Shown here one piece after another: positions 7,724 through 17,675 of a DNA stretch of 64,000 nt. Made by a program: the position numbers and the translations under genes. The first letter of the stretch is position 1, and every line of letters starts with the position of its first letter. Origin of the DNA: Bryobacterales bacterium (lineage in GTDB: Bacteria > Acidobacteriota > Terriglobia > Bryobacterales > Bryobacteraceae); assembly GCA_025350625.1 (NCBI GenBank), contig JANXXL010000147.1:1275-65274 (forward strand), written 5' to 3'. Below the pieces are notes generated by a model. The model did no database searches, was not told the origin of the DNA, and saw only the letters and a program-made list of their open reading frames with translations.

Positions 7724-8593
7724 TTCTGCGGGCAAAACCAGGCTGCCGAGGCACCCCAGTTTGTAAGGCGATGTGAAGATGGTATCCGATCATCTCGGAC
7801 ATTCGGCGAAATTCAACTATAGCGGAATACACGCGGTCGGCCATTGCGCAGATCGTTGACGTGAGACGTGAAGAGAAATCCTTCGTTTGACGTTTCGACG
7901 AATACGGAGCGGGAAGAAATGGAAATGCGGGCGAAACTTATGAGCAGTGTAAGGCTTCCGCATTAGGCGCTCCAGATAGTTTCGACATCATCAATCGGCC
8001 ATTCCCCAGAGGCCCTAGGAAGACGCGAGGGCCACAGAGCAGGCGATTCGCGCGGTACCCATCAATGGTTTCTTCGAAAGCACTTCAGCTACGCACGCTT
8101 CCGCAAGCTCGACACCTGCGTGATCGCGCACCTGTGCCAGGAAATCCTGGGACAGTAGCCCCTTAGGGAGGAATTGCCGGATTAATCTCAAGGTGGATCA
8201 GGTGTTTGTTTACGTGCGCCGATACAAGTTAAAGTCGCAGCCGTACCAACTCCATTGGAGATAAATGAGCCGGGAAAGGCACCAGAGTGAAGTAAGAACT
8301 CGCATCGGCACCTTCCCACAGGGTGCCGCCATGCGCGAGCTACAGTCGCCACTCGAGATGTAAGTCGCTTGCGCCGAATTGGGACGCCCCTCAAACTCTA
8401 GATTTTCGTCTTCTGCGAACGATAAGGGTTCTTGCGGATGGCAGATGTCGAGGAGTTGGCTGACCGATGCACGCCATCTCGAGCCATCCAGAAGCGTTTA
8501 GAGTCGCCCCTAGCCTTGAAAGGTGGATTTGGGACTCAAGGGGCGAAGCATGTTCGGGCAGATTTTCCTTCGTATTGTTAACCGAAGCTCACT

Positions 8594-9544
8594 ATGAAAC
8601 TATTTAGGTTTTCGATGGCCGTGTGGATGCTTTCGCTAGGGCAGGTTTCCCTGCCGGCACAGAACGCTGACGATTATCGTCTCGGTCCAGGCGATCAGAT
8701 CAATGTGCACGTAAGAAACTTGGAGGAGATACCGGACAAGCCCTACGCCGTCGATGAGGGCGGTTTTGTATACCTTCCGGTGACGGGCCAGGTGCAGGTT
8801 GGGGGCATGACGGCAGCCGAGGTGGTAGTCTTGCTTAGCCAAGTCTTGAAGCGTTACCTGGTGGAGCCGGACGTAACCGTCTCGATAACTGCCTTCCACA
8901 GCCAGCCGATCACCATACTAGGCGCGGTGGCCATCCCGGGGACGCGGCAACTGGAAGGCCACAAGACACTATTTGAAATCATTTCCCTGGTAGGAGGCTT
9001 GCGCCCGGATGCGGGATACAAGATCAATATAACGCGCCAGTTGGCGCAGGGGCGAATTCCCTTGCCGGACGCAGCCGACGACCCGACCGGTAAGTTCAGC
9101 ATCGCTTCGGTAACCATTAAGAGCGTGCTCGACGCTTCCGATCCCAACGCAAACATCGAGATCAAGCCCGAAGATGTAATTTCGGTGCCACATGGCGAAC
9201 TGATTTACGTGATTGGGGCGGTAAGAAAGCCGGGGGGTTTTGTCTTGACCGATCATGAATCGCTCAGCACCCTGCAGTTGATGGCTCTGGCGGAAGGATT
9301 GGACCGCTTTGCGGCGCCCCGCAAGGCCCGGTTGCTGCGAGCGGTGGGTCATTCGTCCACGGCGCGCGTCGAGAGGCCGCTCGATCTCAAGCGAATCGTG
9401 GACGGAAAAGACGAAGATATCGAGCTCCGCGCCAACGACGTGCTGATCATCCCCAGTAGCGTACGCAAGGCGGCGACGGTGCGAAGCATGGAAGCGGTAA
9501 TCGGCCTGGGAACCTCGGCCGCTACCGTCGGTATTTACCGCTAG
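8594..9544 (+). CDS. polysaccharide export outer-membrane/periplasmic protein (Wza-like; Poly_export + SLBB)
   Basis: 316 aa. Signal peptide MKLFRFSMAVWMLSLGQVSLPAQ, YRLGPGDQINVHV motif, SLBB-like repeats (ITILGAVAIPG, IYVIGAVRKPG). Confidence 0.85.
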   Translation: MKLFRFSMAVWMLSLGQVSLPAQNADDYRLGPGDQINVHVRNLEEIPDKPYAVDEGGFVYLPVTGQVQVGGMTAAEVVVLLSQVLKRYLVEPDVTVSITAFHSQPITILGAVAIPGTRQLEGHKTLFEIISLVGGLRPDAGYKINITRQLAQGRIPLPDAADDPTGKFSIASVTIKSVLDASDPNANIEIKPEDVISVPHGELIYVIGAVRKPGGFVLTDHESLSTLQLMALAEGLDRFAAPRKARLLRAVGHSSTARVERPLDLKRIVDGKDEDIELRANDVLIIPSSVRKAATVRSMEAVIGLGTSAATVGIYR

Positions 9545-9552
9545 CCGAACCC

Positions 9553-11904
9553 ATGTCGAATATCATTCTCAGCAGCGGCGACCGGGGCGGCGAACGCTCG
9601 CAGCCGCCCAGCCTTGCCGCAGGCCACTTGCATAACGATTGGGCCCCGTCTCAGAGCGCGGGCGAACACGGCGATGTTTCGGGAATCGCTACGCTGAGTG
9701 CGCGGAACGACGGCGCTCAATCGCCGCGCGGACGGAAGTCGCGCTGCTTCCAGACCCTGCGGCGCAACAAGCTTCTCTTAGCGGGGTGCACCGTTTTAGG
9801 CGGCTTGCTGGGCTACGTAGTGGTGCTTCCGCAAGTCCGAATTTATCAGGCTCGTACCACGCTCGAGGTCTCTGGCATCAACGAAAGTTTCCTGAACATG
9901 AAACAGTCCGATCCCGTCGCTTCTGCCGGCACCGGGGGAGACGCCACCGACATTCAGACCCAAATCACGATTCTGAAGAGCGACTCGCTGCGCGACCGCG
10001 TTCTCGCGAAAATGGGCACTCTCGGGCCCGAGCCGGCAACCTTTTGGACCCGCCTGGGATTGACTTATCCGAAAGGAACCGGGAAGGCGGTGGATGCGGC
10101 CGGCATGGCAGCCCAATCCGAGAATATAAGGCCGATTCCGGGCACCCGGGTTATCGAGATCACCATTGACTCCACCCGGCCGGGGGTCGCCGCAACCTTC
10201 GCCAACACTCTGGTAAATGAATTCATCGAACAGAATATTGAAACGCGCTGGCAATCTTCCATGCGCACCGGTGAGTGGCTCAGCCACCAACTGGACGAAA
10301 TGCGGGTGAAGATCGAGAATTCCGAAGGGCGTCTGCAACGCTACGCCAAGAGCGCCGGGCTGGTCTTTACCAGCGATAAATCGTCATTGGGAGAACAGCA
10401 ACTGCGCGAGTTGCAGCTGGCGCGCTCCACCGCAGAAACGGAGAGAATTGCCAAACAATCCCGCTACGAGATGCTGCAACCGGGAGCGGCCGGGGCGCCG
10501 GGTGCGGCAGTGGAGAATCTCACGGACGACGGGCTCCACGTCTACCAAGAGAAAATTGCGGAACTGCAAAGAATGATTGCCGAGTTGAGCGTAATTTATA
10601 CTCCCGAACACGCCAAGACTAAGGGTCTGCAAGCGCAATTGGACGCAGTCCAAAGGTCTTACCGGGCGGCGCGGCTGGCGCTCGCCGGGAAAATTGGAGA
10701 TCAATATCAGGAGGCGCGGCGCAAAGAACGCCTGCTCGAAGCCGGCTACCTGGCCCAAACCGGTCAGGTGGTTTCCGAGCAAGAGAAGACCACCAAATAC
10801 AATCTTCTCAAGGCCGAAGCCGAAAGCGATCGCCACCTTTACGACAGTTTGCAGCAGCAGCTCAAAGAGGCTAGCGTGGCGTCCGCCATGAAGGCCAGCA
10901 ATATCCGCATCGTGGATGCCGCCGCGGTTCCCCTCGATCCCTACAAACCCAATATTCCACAATCTGTTATTTTGGGCACGCTGCTCGGCCTGTTCGGGGC
11001 GGTGGGCATCGCGCTGCTCCGCGAGCGCTCCAATCAAACCATCCGCGAGGTGGGCGAGGTGGTCGACATTTTGGGGGTTCCGGAACTCGGTCTAATCCCC
11101 AACGCGCGGCTGGCGCTTTCCCGCGCGGAGCAAAAACTGATGATCAAGAACGCCCATCTGGGGCTCCCTGCCTCCGCCCAAGCGCATGCCGAGATTGACC
11201 TGGTTACGTGGCGTTCCAGCCGGTCGATCATTGCGGATTCCTTCCGCTCCGCGGTTACTTCGATGCTTTTCGCCACTTTCAGTTCCAAGCGTTGCCGGTG
11301 TTTTGTGATCACCAGCGCGTCCGCGAGCGAGGGCAAATCGACGGTGGCTTCGAATCTAGGCGTAGCCATCGCGGAAATGGGGGACCGGGTGCTGCTGATC
11401 GATGGGGATCTGCGTAATCCGCGGCAACAAAAGATATTCAATTTGGAGTCGGAACCCGGCCTGAGCGCACTCCTCAAGGAATTGCCGGCCGGATGCGAAG
11501 CGCCGAAGATCGAGCAGTGCGTTCGTTCGACCATAGTTCCAAACCTGTTTGTGCTGCCAGCTGGACAACCTACTTCCTCTTCGAGCAGTCTGCTGTCGAG
11601 TGCGCGGTTGCGGGACACCCTCGAAAAGCTCTCTACGCAGTTCGACAAGATTCTAATCGACACACCGCCCATGCTCGCTATTCCGGATGCGCGCATACTG
11701 GCAAAACACGCGGACGCCGTGGTGCTGGTGGTTCGCGCGGGTAAGACCACGCGGGATGCCGCGGTAGCGGCCTACGAACGCCTTTTGGGCGACGGCACGG
11801 AACTGGTGGGCGCCATCATGAACGACTGGGATCCGGCGGCTTCGGCCGGCGGATATTACGGCTACGGATACAAATACGATGCCTACTATCAAGGCCGGGA
11901 ATAA
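9553..11904 (+). CDS. polysaccharide co-polymerase / tyrosine autokinase (Wzc/GumC-like)
   Basis: 783 aa. Two TM segments flank a long coiled-coil region. C-terminal P-loop ITSASASEGKSTVASNLG, LLIDGDLRNP, ILIDTPP, and a Tyr-rich tail GGYYGYGYKYDAYYQ. Confidence 0.85.
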   Translation: MSNIILSSGDRGGERSQPPSLAAGHLHNDWAPSQSAGEHGDVSGIATLSARNDGAQSPRGRKSRCFQTLRRNKLLLAGCTVLGGLLGYVVVLPQVRIYQARTTLEVSGINESFLNMKQSDPVASAGTGGDATDIQTQITILKSDSLRDRVLAKMGTLGPEPATFWTRLGLTYPKGTGKAVDAAGMAAQSENIRPIPGTRVIEITIDSTRPGVAATFANTLVNEFIEQNIETRWQSSMRTGEWLSHQLDEMRVKIENSEGRLQRYAKSAGLVFTSDKSSLGEQQLRELQLARSTAETERIAKQSRYEMLQPGAAGAPGAAVENLTDDGLHVYQEKIAELQRMIAELSVIYTPEHAKTKGLQAQLDAVQRSYRAARLALAGKIGDQYQEARRKERLLEAGYLAQTGQVVSEQEKTTKYNLLKAEAESDRHLYDSLQQQLKEASVASAMKASNIRIVDAAAVPLDPYKPNIPQSVILGTLLGLFGAVGIALLRERSNQTIREVGEVVDILGVPELGLIPNARLALSRAEQKLMIKNAHLGLPASAQAHAEIDLVTWRSSRSIIADSFRSAVTSMLFATFSSKRCRCFVITSASASEGKSTVASNLGVAIAEMGDRVLLIDGDLRNPRQQKIFNLESEPGLSALLKELPAGCEAPKIEQCVRSTIVPNLFVLPAGQPTSSSSSLLSSARLRDTLEKLSTQFDKILIDTPPMLAIPDARILAKHADAVVLVVRAGKTTRDAAVAAYERLLGDGTELVGAIMNDWDPAASAGGYYGYGYKYDAYYQGRE

Positions 11905-13072
11905 CGGCGGGTATGGCTCAAAAAAGGCGGGTCAAGCCGGCCGAATTCGAGTGCTTCATTTCGCGAGCGTTATCAATCGATACGATTTCATCGACACCAT
12001 CGTACGCCATGTAGACCAGACGCGTTTCGCGCCCATGGTTTGCAGATTTTCCGGGAGCAGCAACATTCAGGCGACCGAGTATGACGGGATTATCCCGTCC
12101 TTAACGTTAGACGCGCGCAGCAGGTGGGGTTATCCCGCCGCGAGTCTGCGGCTGGCCGCGATTCTACGAAAACACCAAGTGGATATCCTACATGCCCATC
12201 ATTATTACGAGACTCTGATCGGCGCGGCGGCTGTGACCTTGGTTCCGGGCTGCCGCCTGGTAATCGGCCGGCACTATCACGATTTGATTTATCTGCTGTG
12301 TCGCGGCGTACGGTTGCGAGCGCTATTGACGTTGGAACATCTGGCCAACGCGGTAGCCACCAGGATTGTGGTTCCCTCCGGCGCCATTCGGACTCTGTTG
12401 ATGAACCGGCAGGGCGTTGCGAGCGAGAAGATCGGCGTGATTCCTTACGGTTTTGAGTTCGAAGGCGACAAGTATCAGCGTTCGGAACCGTGCGGCTGCG
12501 CGCAAGTTCGCTCCTCTCTGGGGATCGAGGGCCGGTTTGTGATTGGCAATTTCGGGCAGCATCACCGGTTGAAAGGACAGGAATATTTGTTGCGCGCGTT
12601 CGCAACTTTTGCCGCCCGGCATGCGGAGGCAGTATTGCTCATGGTGGGTGACGGACCATACGGCGCTCGCCTGCGCCAGTTAGCGGAAGAACTGGGACTC
12701 ATGGCGTCCGGCAAGACCATCTTCACGGGCTGGCGTAGGGAGGCCTGGAAGATACTCGAAGCTGTAGATGTTGTGGTGCATCCGACGCTGAGCGAAGCGC
12801 TTCCGCAGCTGATGGTGGAGGCCATGGCTAAAGCCAAGCCGCTGGTTATCACCAACGTCTCCGGGGCTTGCGATCATGTGCGCCATATGGACAACGCCTA
12901 CCTAATCGAACCTCGCAGTGAATCCTCGATCGTCCGTGCGCTCGAATGGATCTACCAGCATCCGGAGGCCGCGCGCGCCTTTGCGGATCGCGCTCGCACC
13001 TATATTCGCCGCGAGCTGTCGATTCAAAAAATCATTCCGCGCTTTGAAGAACTATACCAAGGAATCGCATGA
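11879..13072 (+). CDS. glycosyltransferase family 4 (GT-B)
   Basis: 397 aa. IRVLHFASV N-terminus. C-terminal SEALPQLMVEAMAKAKPLVITNVSG (E-x7-E type motif). Start uncertain; there is a GTG alternative at 11948. Confidence 0.8.
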   Translation: MPTIKAGNNGGYGSKKAGQAGRIRVLHFASVINRYDFIDTIVRHVDQTRFAPMVCRFSGSSNIQATEYDGIIPSLTLDARSRWGYPAASLRLAAILRKHQVDILHAHHYYETLIGAAAVTLVPGCRLVIGRHYHDLIYLLCRGVRLRALLTLEHLANAVATRIVVPSGAIRTLLMNRQGVASEKIGVIPYGFEFEGDKYQRSEPCGCAQVRSSLGIEGRFVIGNFGQHHRLKGQEYLLRAFATFAARHAEAVLLMVGDGPYGARLRQLAEELGLMASGKTIFTGWRREAWKILEAVDVVVHPTLSEALPQLMVEAMAKAKPLVITNVSGACDHVRHMDNAYLIEPRSESSIVRALEWIYQHPEAARAFADRARTYIRRELSIQKIIPRFEELYQGIA

Positions 13073-14100
13073 GCGTCCGAGTCTCGGTGGTGATCCCCGC
13101 GCGCGACGAGCAGGATTCGATCGCTCCATTGCTTGACTCGCTGCTCGAGCAAACCTGGCCAGCGGCTGAGATTGTGGTCGTCGATGCAGGCTCCCTTGAC
13201 GGAACCGCGCAGATGGTGCGGGAATATCGCCCAAAATGCAGCTTCGCCGCGGTTCCAATACGGCTGCTCGCCCTGGGACCGGCGTATCCCGGAATCGCCC
13301 GCAACGCCGGCGTAGAAGCGGCGGTTTCTGCCCACATTGCATTCACCGATGCCGGCATCCGGGTCGACCGCCAATGGCTGGAGCGGCTGTGCGCGCCCCT
13401 GCAGCAGGCGCAGCAAGCGGCCGCTGCGCCGCCGGATGTCGTCTTCGGCAGTTATGAACCCGTCATAACCACCTTCTTCGCTCAATGCGCCGCAACTGCT
13501 TACGTCCCGGCAAGGTCTCCGGATAAGGGCAAGGAGATCCGCGGCCCTTTCATTGCATCGTGTCTGCTTCGGAAATCCGCATTTGAAGCGTCCGGCGGCT
13601 TCCCTCCCTATCGCGCAGCCGAAGATCTGATGTTCTTCGATAAGATTCGCGACCGGAATTGGACCACCGCCTATGCCCCGCACGCGATCGCTCGCTGGGA
13701 AATGGCCAGCGGGTGGCTGTCCACTTTCCGCCGCTTTCGGCTGTACTCCTATCACAACCTAGTGGCTGGTCGTGGAGGATATTGGCACCGGGGCGTGGCT
13801 CGTTGGTATACGCTTGCCATGCCGTTCGTCATTCTCGGATGTGTCCAGCCGGCCGGATGGCTAGCGGTGCCTCTCTTAGGAGCCGGTGCACGCATCGCCA
13901 TCACGATTTGGCGCAAGCGCAAGGAGAATTGGGGATGTCCTCTTAACCCGCTGCACTGGATCGGCGTGGGGCTGGTTTTGATAACGCTCGATGCCGCCAC
14001 TTTTTGGGGAGCAGCTTGGTGGGCTTGGGACAAACTTCGCGGACGCTTGCCGCTCGACACCCCTTATACCGAAGCCGCAGCGGAAGAAACCCCTGCATGA
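13069..14100 (+). CDS. glycosyltransferase family 2 with C-terminal membrane helices
   Basis: VSVVIPARDEQDSIAPLLDSLLEQTW...IVVVDAGSLDGT. ATGA overlap with the preceding gene. Confidence 0.85.
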   Translation: MSVRVSVVIPARDEQDSIAPLLDSLLEQTWPAAEIVVVDAGSLDGTAQMVREYRPKCSFAAVPIRLLALGPAYPGIARNAGVEAAVSAHIAFTDAGIRVDRQWLERLCAPLQQAQQAAAAPPDVVFGSYEPVITTFFAQCAATAYVPARSPDKGKEIRGPFIASCLLRKSAFEASGGFPPYRAAEDLMFFDKIRDRNWTTAYAPHAIARWEMASGWLSTFRRFRLYSYHNLVAGRGGYWHRGVARWYTLAMPFVILGCVQPAGWLAVPLLGAGARIAITIWRKRKENWGCPLNPLHWIGVGLVLITLDAATFWGAAWWAWDKLRGRLPLDTPYTEAAAEETPA

Positions 14101-15284
14101 CCGCGCTCTATATTTGCTATCAAAGCATTCGCGAACCGTTGACGGAGACGCAGGTGGTCGCCTATCTAGAGGGGCTGGCTGCGGCCGGACATACCATGCT
14201 GCTCTTGACCTTTGAGCGCAGCGCGATGAATGCTGCGGAAAGGCGCGCCCAGGCCGGCCGTTTGCGGAGCAAAGGAATCCACTGGCGGTGGCTGCGCTAC
14301 CACCGACACCCGACCGTCCCGGCTACCGCCTGGGATATTTCGATGGGCGTGTTCTATGGCTTATGGCTCGCGCGGCGGCAGAAGATCGATCTGTACCACG
14401 CCCGGGCCCACGTCGCGGGACTCATGGGGCTCATCCTTAAGACTCTGACCGGTGCACGATTGTTGTTCGACGTACGTGGATTGCTGGCCGAGGAGTATGC
14501 CGACGCCGGCGTCTGGCCCCGTGGCGGCAAGCTGTTTCGTTGGACCAAGGCTTTCGAACGGCTGATCCTCCAACACGCGGACGGGATCATTGTCCTTACT
14601 CACCGCGGCCGGAGCCTGCTCTATGAATGGTACCCGCGGGAAATCGCTGGGACCCCGCTCGCCGTCATCCCCTGCTGTGTGGATCGGGAGCGGGCGCCGC
14701 TATCGCCGGTTCACGCGGCACGGCCGCTGACTCTGGCCTATGCCGGCAAGCTGGGCGGCCTGTATATGATAACCGCTATCCTGCAGTTTTTTAGCTTGGT
14801 GAAGAAGACGGTCCCGGAAAGCCGCTTCGAGATCTGGACGCAGAGCGACCCTGGTCTGCTCACGAAAGGCCTCGAAGATCATGGGCTCCGGGAAGACACG
14901 CTGGTCGGATGCTCCTCTCCGGCCGAGTTACTGACGCATCTGGGGAGCCAGTGCGACGCCGCGGTATCCTTCATCCGGCCGTGTATATCCAAACTCGCGT
15001 CGTCTCCGACCAAGATCCCCGAATATTTGGCTGCGGGACTGCCGGTGGTTGCCAATAGGGGTATCGGTGATATGGACGAATTGATCGCCCGGGAGGGCGT
15101 GGGAGTCATCGTGGCGGACTTTAGCGATGAAGCGTTGCGCCGGGGCGTCGAACAACTGCTTCATCTGCTTGGCGACCGGGAAGTACGCGGGCGCTGCCGC
15201 TACACCGCTGAAAAATATTTTGATCTAGAAAGAGTGGGATGGTCCCGATATCGCGGTATCTACCGGCAACTCGATCCCGCCTAA
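14097..15284 (+). CDS. glycosyltransferase family 4
   Basis: Start placed at MTALYICYQS (ATGA overlap with the upstream stop). C-terminal SPTKIPEYLAAGLPVVANRGIGD motif. Confidence 0.8.
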   Translation: MTALYICYQSIREPLTETQVVAYLEGLAAAGHTMLLLTFERSAMNAAERRAQAGRLRSKGIHWRWLRYHRHPTVPATAWDISMGVFYGLWLARRQKIDLYHARAHVAGLMGLILKTLTGARLLFDVRGLLAEEYADAGVWPRGGKLFRWTKAFERLILQHADGIIVLTHRGRSLLYEWYPREIAGTPLAVIPCCVDRERAPLSPVHAARPLTLAYAGKLGGLYMITAILQFFSLVKKTVPESRFEIWTQSDPGLLTKGLEDHGLREDTLVGCSSPAELLTHLGSQCDAAVSFIRPCISKLASSPTKIPEYLAAGLPVVANRGIGDMDELIAREGVGVIVADFSDEALRRGVEQLLHLLGDREVRGRCRYTAEKYFDLERVGWSRYRGIYRQLDPA

Positions 15285-15379
15285 CTCGCGGCCGTAGGGC
15301 GAAGCCCCGGCCGGGATTGGAGCGGGTGTTCTCTGAGACGGCCCTCGCCGGGCAGGTGGTAGCCGCGGAATACGAAGAC

Positions 15380-16615
15380 ATGCGCCGGCTGTATTTGTGG
15401 GCTCTGGCAGTTCGCTTTAGCGCCGGCATGCTGGGATGGCTGCTTACGCTGATGATCAATATCCCGTTTCTGCAGGATGCCTTTTATTACGAAGAAACCG
15501 GGGCTGGAATCGCCCGCGATTGGCTGGCAGGAAGATCCTCGGAATGGCTCGCCTATGCGATGACCGCGGACCGGGTGTCCTGGTTCCTGCCGACCGTAAT
15601 AGGCGGATTTTATTGGCTCAGCGGAGGCATTCGGCTCATTCCGCTGTTGCTGCTCGGTATCTGCTTGATTACTGCGCTGACACCGGTGGTCACTTATCTG
15701 ATCGCGCGCGAAACTGGACTTTCGCGATCCGGCGCAAACTTCGCCGGAGGCTTAGTCGCTCTCTCGCCGGCGTTCGCCTTCTGGTCTGGGGGCTTTTACA
15801 AGGAAGGATTCATCCTGCTGCTGCTCAACCTGAGCATCTATCAAGTATTTCGGCTGCAACGAGCGTGGCGGTGGGATTCAATGCTGATCTTGGCGGCGTG
15901 TTTATTCGGCTTATTCGGCCTGCGTTTTTATTTGGCGGCTATGCTCGCGGGGATCGTTCTATTGGGACTGCTGCTGGGCCATAGCGAGGCGGGAGAAGGG
16001 GCATTGACGATGCTGCGGCAAGTTCTCATCCTGGCTGGATTTGTTGGCTTGCTGTTCGGGCTTGGATTGACGGAGCGGATGCGCCGGATCCTGCCCGGCG
16101 ATTTCTCGGAAGCTTTAGGCACCATTGAAGGCTCAAGGCATGACTTGGCGAATTCGGCGGGCTCGGGATTTGCGCGCGACCTCCATATCACCAGTCCTGT
16201 CGAAGCACTGGAATTTCTCCCCATCGGCATGGGTTACTTCATGCTTTCTCCGCTGCCTTGGCAATGGGGGGCGGTACGCCAGAACCTGGTGATTCCGGAA
16301 ACCGCCTTTTGGATCGGCCTGTACCCCTTGATCGTGTGGGGCATGGTACGCGGACTCAAAAGAAATTTCCAATCGAGCGCACTGCTGCTGGCCGCGGTGA
16401 TTCCCGTCAGTTGTCTCTATGCGCTGTTTTGCGGAAACATCGGCACGGCTTACCGTATGCGAATACAAGTATGGCTGCTGCTCGCCATCTTCGCCGGCTG
16501 GGGGTGGGAAGCCTGGCAGGCGCGAGCGGGCGCGCCAGGCCAACGGGGAGTCCGGCGCTGGGACCGAGCAAGGAAACGTGAAGATACTGGTTCTGACGCC
16601 GTCGCGCTACGATAG
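15380..16615 (+). CDS. polytopic membrane protein, candidate polymerase or GT-C-type transferase
   Basis: At least 10 hydrophobic helices with no soluble catalytic domain, embedded among the glycosyltransferases. Start uncertain: ORF opens at 15239, GTG at 15326, ATG at 15380. Confidence 0.55.
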   Translation: MRRLYLWALAVRFSAGMLGWLLTLMINIPFLQDAFYYEETGAGIARDWLAGRSSEWLAYAMTADRVSWFLPTVIGGFYWLSGGIRLIPLLLLGICLITALTPVVTYLIARETGLSRSGANFAGGLVALSPAFAFWSGGFYKEGFILLLLNLSIYQVFRLQRAWRWDSMLILAACLFGLFGLRFYLAAMLAGIVLLGLLLGHSEAGEGALTMLRQVLILAGFVGLLFGLGLTERMRRILPGDFSEALGTIEGSRHDLANSAGSGFARDLHITSPVEALEFLPIGMGYFMLSPLPWQWGAVRQNLVIPETAFWIGLYPLIVWGMVRGLKRNFQSSALLLAAVIPVSCLYALFCGNIGTAYRMRIQVWLLLAIFAGWGWEAWQARAGAPGQRGVRRWDRARKREDTGSDAVALR

Positions 16616-17675
16616 TGCCCCGGGCATGCGCTTTCGCATGGAGCAATGGGCGCGGCACCTGACGCGGTCGGGCTTCACATTCTGTTTTGAGCCCTTCGCG
16701 GATGAGGCGCTGCACCGGATCTTGTATCAACCGGGACAGTTCCTCCGAAAGTCGGCGCTGGTGATGGCCGCTCTCGCGCGGCGCTTCAGAGCGATCGCGC
16801 ACGCCTTCGACTATGACGCCATCTTCCTGCACCGGGAGGCGGCGCTGCTGGGCCCGGCCGTGCTTGAACGTCTAGTTGCCAGGTGCCGGGTACCCCTCAT
16901 CTATGACTTCGACGATCCGGTGTGGATGCCCTACCGTAGTCCGCGGAATCCGTTCTTCGCCGCCCTCAAGTTTCACGGGAAAACGGCCGGCATCTGCCGC
17001 TTGGCGGGCAGCGTGGTCGTGGGGAACCGGCTGCTGGCGGAGTATGCTTCGCGATTTTCGAGTAACGTTCATATCGTTCCCAGCACCGTGGATCTGGAGC
17101 AGTATCCCCAAGCCGAGCGGCCGCTGAAGCGAGGCGTCGTCACCTTAGGCTGGACCGGCAGCCATAGCACCTTGCCGTTCTTCGAACCGCTGCTGGAGAC
17201 TCTGCAGATCTTGGCCCGGCGGCGCAACTTTCGGCTGGTTGTGATCTCGGACACCGATACCTATCGTGCGCCCTCCCTCGCGGCCGAGGTTATTTCGCGA
17301 AAGTGGCAGGCCGCAACCGAGGCCGCCGATCTGGCGGATATCGATATCGGCCTGGCGCCATTTCCCGATTCCGGCTGGACTCCCTGGCGCTGTCACGGGA
17401 AAGTTCTGCAGTACATGGCCGCCGGAATACCGGCTATAGCCTCCAACATCGGAATTCTACCCGACTATATCGAAGATGGGGTCAGCGGATACCTGCCGAG
17501 GGAACGGGCCGAATGGGTGGAGCGTCTGGAACAACTTGTCGATCGTCCCGAATTGCGCATTGCACTCGGAAACGAGGCGCGCAAGCGCGTCGAGCAACGA
17601 TATTCCGCGCAGGTATGGGCGCCGCGGGTGGGTGAAATCCTGCGGTCGGCGGTAGGGGCGTCTCGAAACGCATGA
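16578..17675 (+). CDS. glycosyltransferase family 4
   Basis: Start placed at the GTG preceded by aagga (VKILVLTPSRYDS). C-terminal HGKVLQYMAAGIPAIASNIG motif. Confidence 0.75.
   Translation: MKILVLTPSRYDSAPGMRFRMEQWARHLTRSGFTFCFEPFADEALHRILYQPGQFLRKSALVMAALARRFRAIAHAFDYDAIFLHREAALLGPAVLERLVARCRVPLIYDFDDPVWMPYRSPRNPFFAALKFHGKTAGICRLAGSVVVGNRLLAEYASRFSSNVHIVPSTVDLEQYPQAERPLKRGVVTLGWTGSHSTLPFFEPLLETLQILARRRNFRLVVISDTDTYRAPSLAAEVISRKWQAATEAADLADIDIGLAPFPDSGWTPWRCHGKVLQYMAAGIPAIASNIGILPDYIEDGVSGYLPRERAEWVERLEQLVDRPELRIALGNEARKRVEQRYSAQVWAPRVGEILRSAVGASRNA

Noticed and set aside
7850-8150. Minus-strand translation LLSQDFLAQVRDHAGVELAEACVAEVLSKKPLMGTARIACSVALAS, which looked vaguely protein-like and might be a gene relic in the 870-bp leader.
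   Set aside because: It is short, bounded by stops, and has no recognisable family or motif. It cannot be supported without a database search.
8200-8593. Search for sigma-54 (-24 GG / -12 GC), JUMPstart/ops or other known polysaccharide-operon leader elements upstream of the Wza-like gene.
   Set aside because: No TGGCAC-N5-TTGC-like box or GGCGGTAG ops core was found by eye, so no regulatory feature is claimed.
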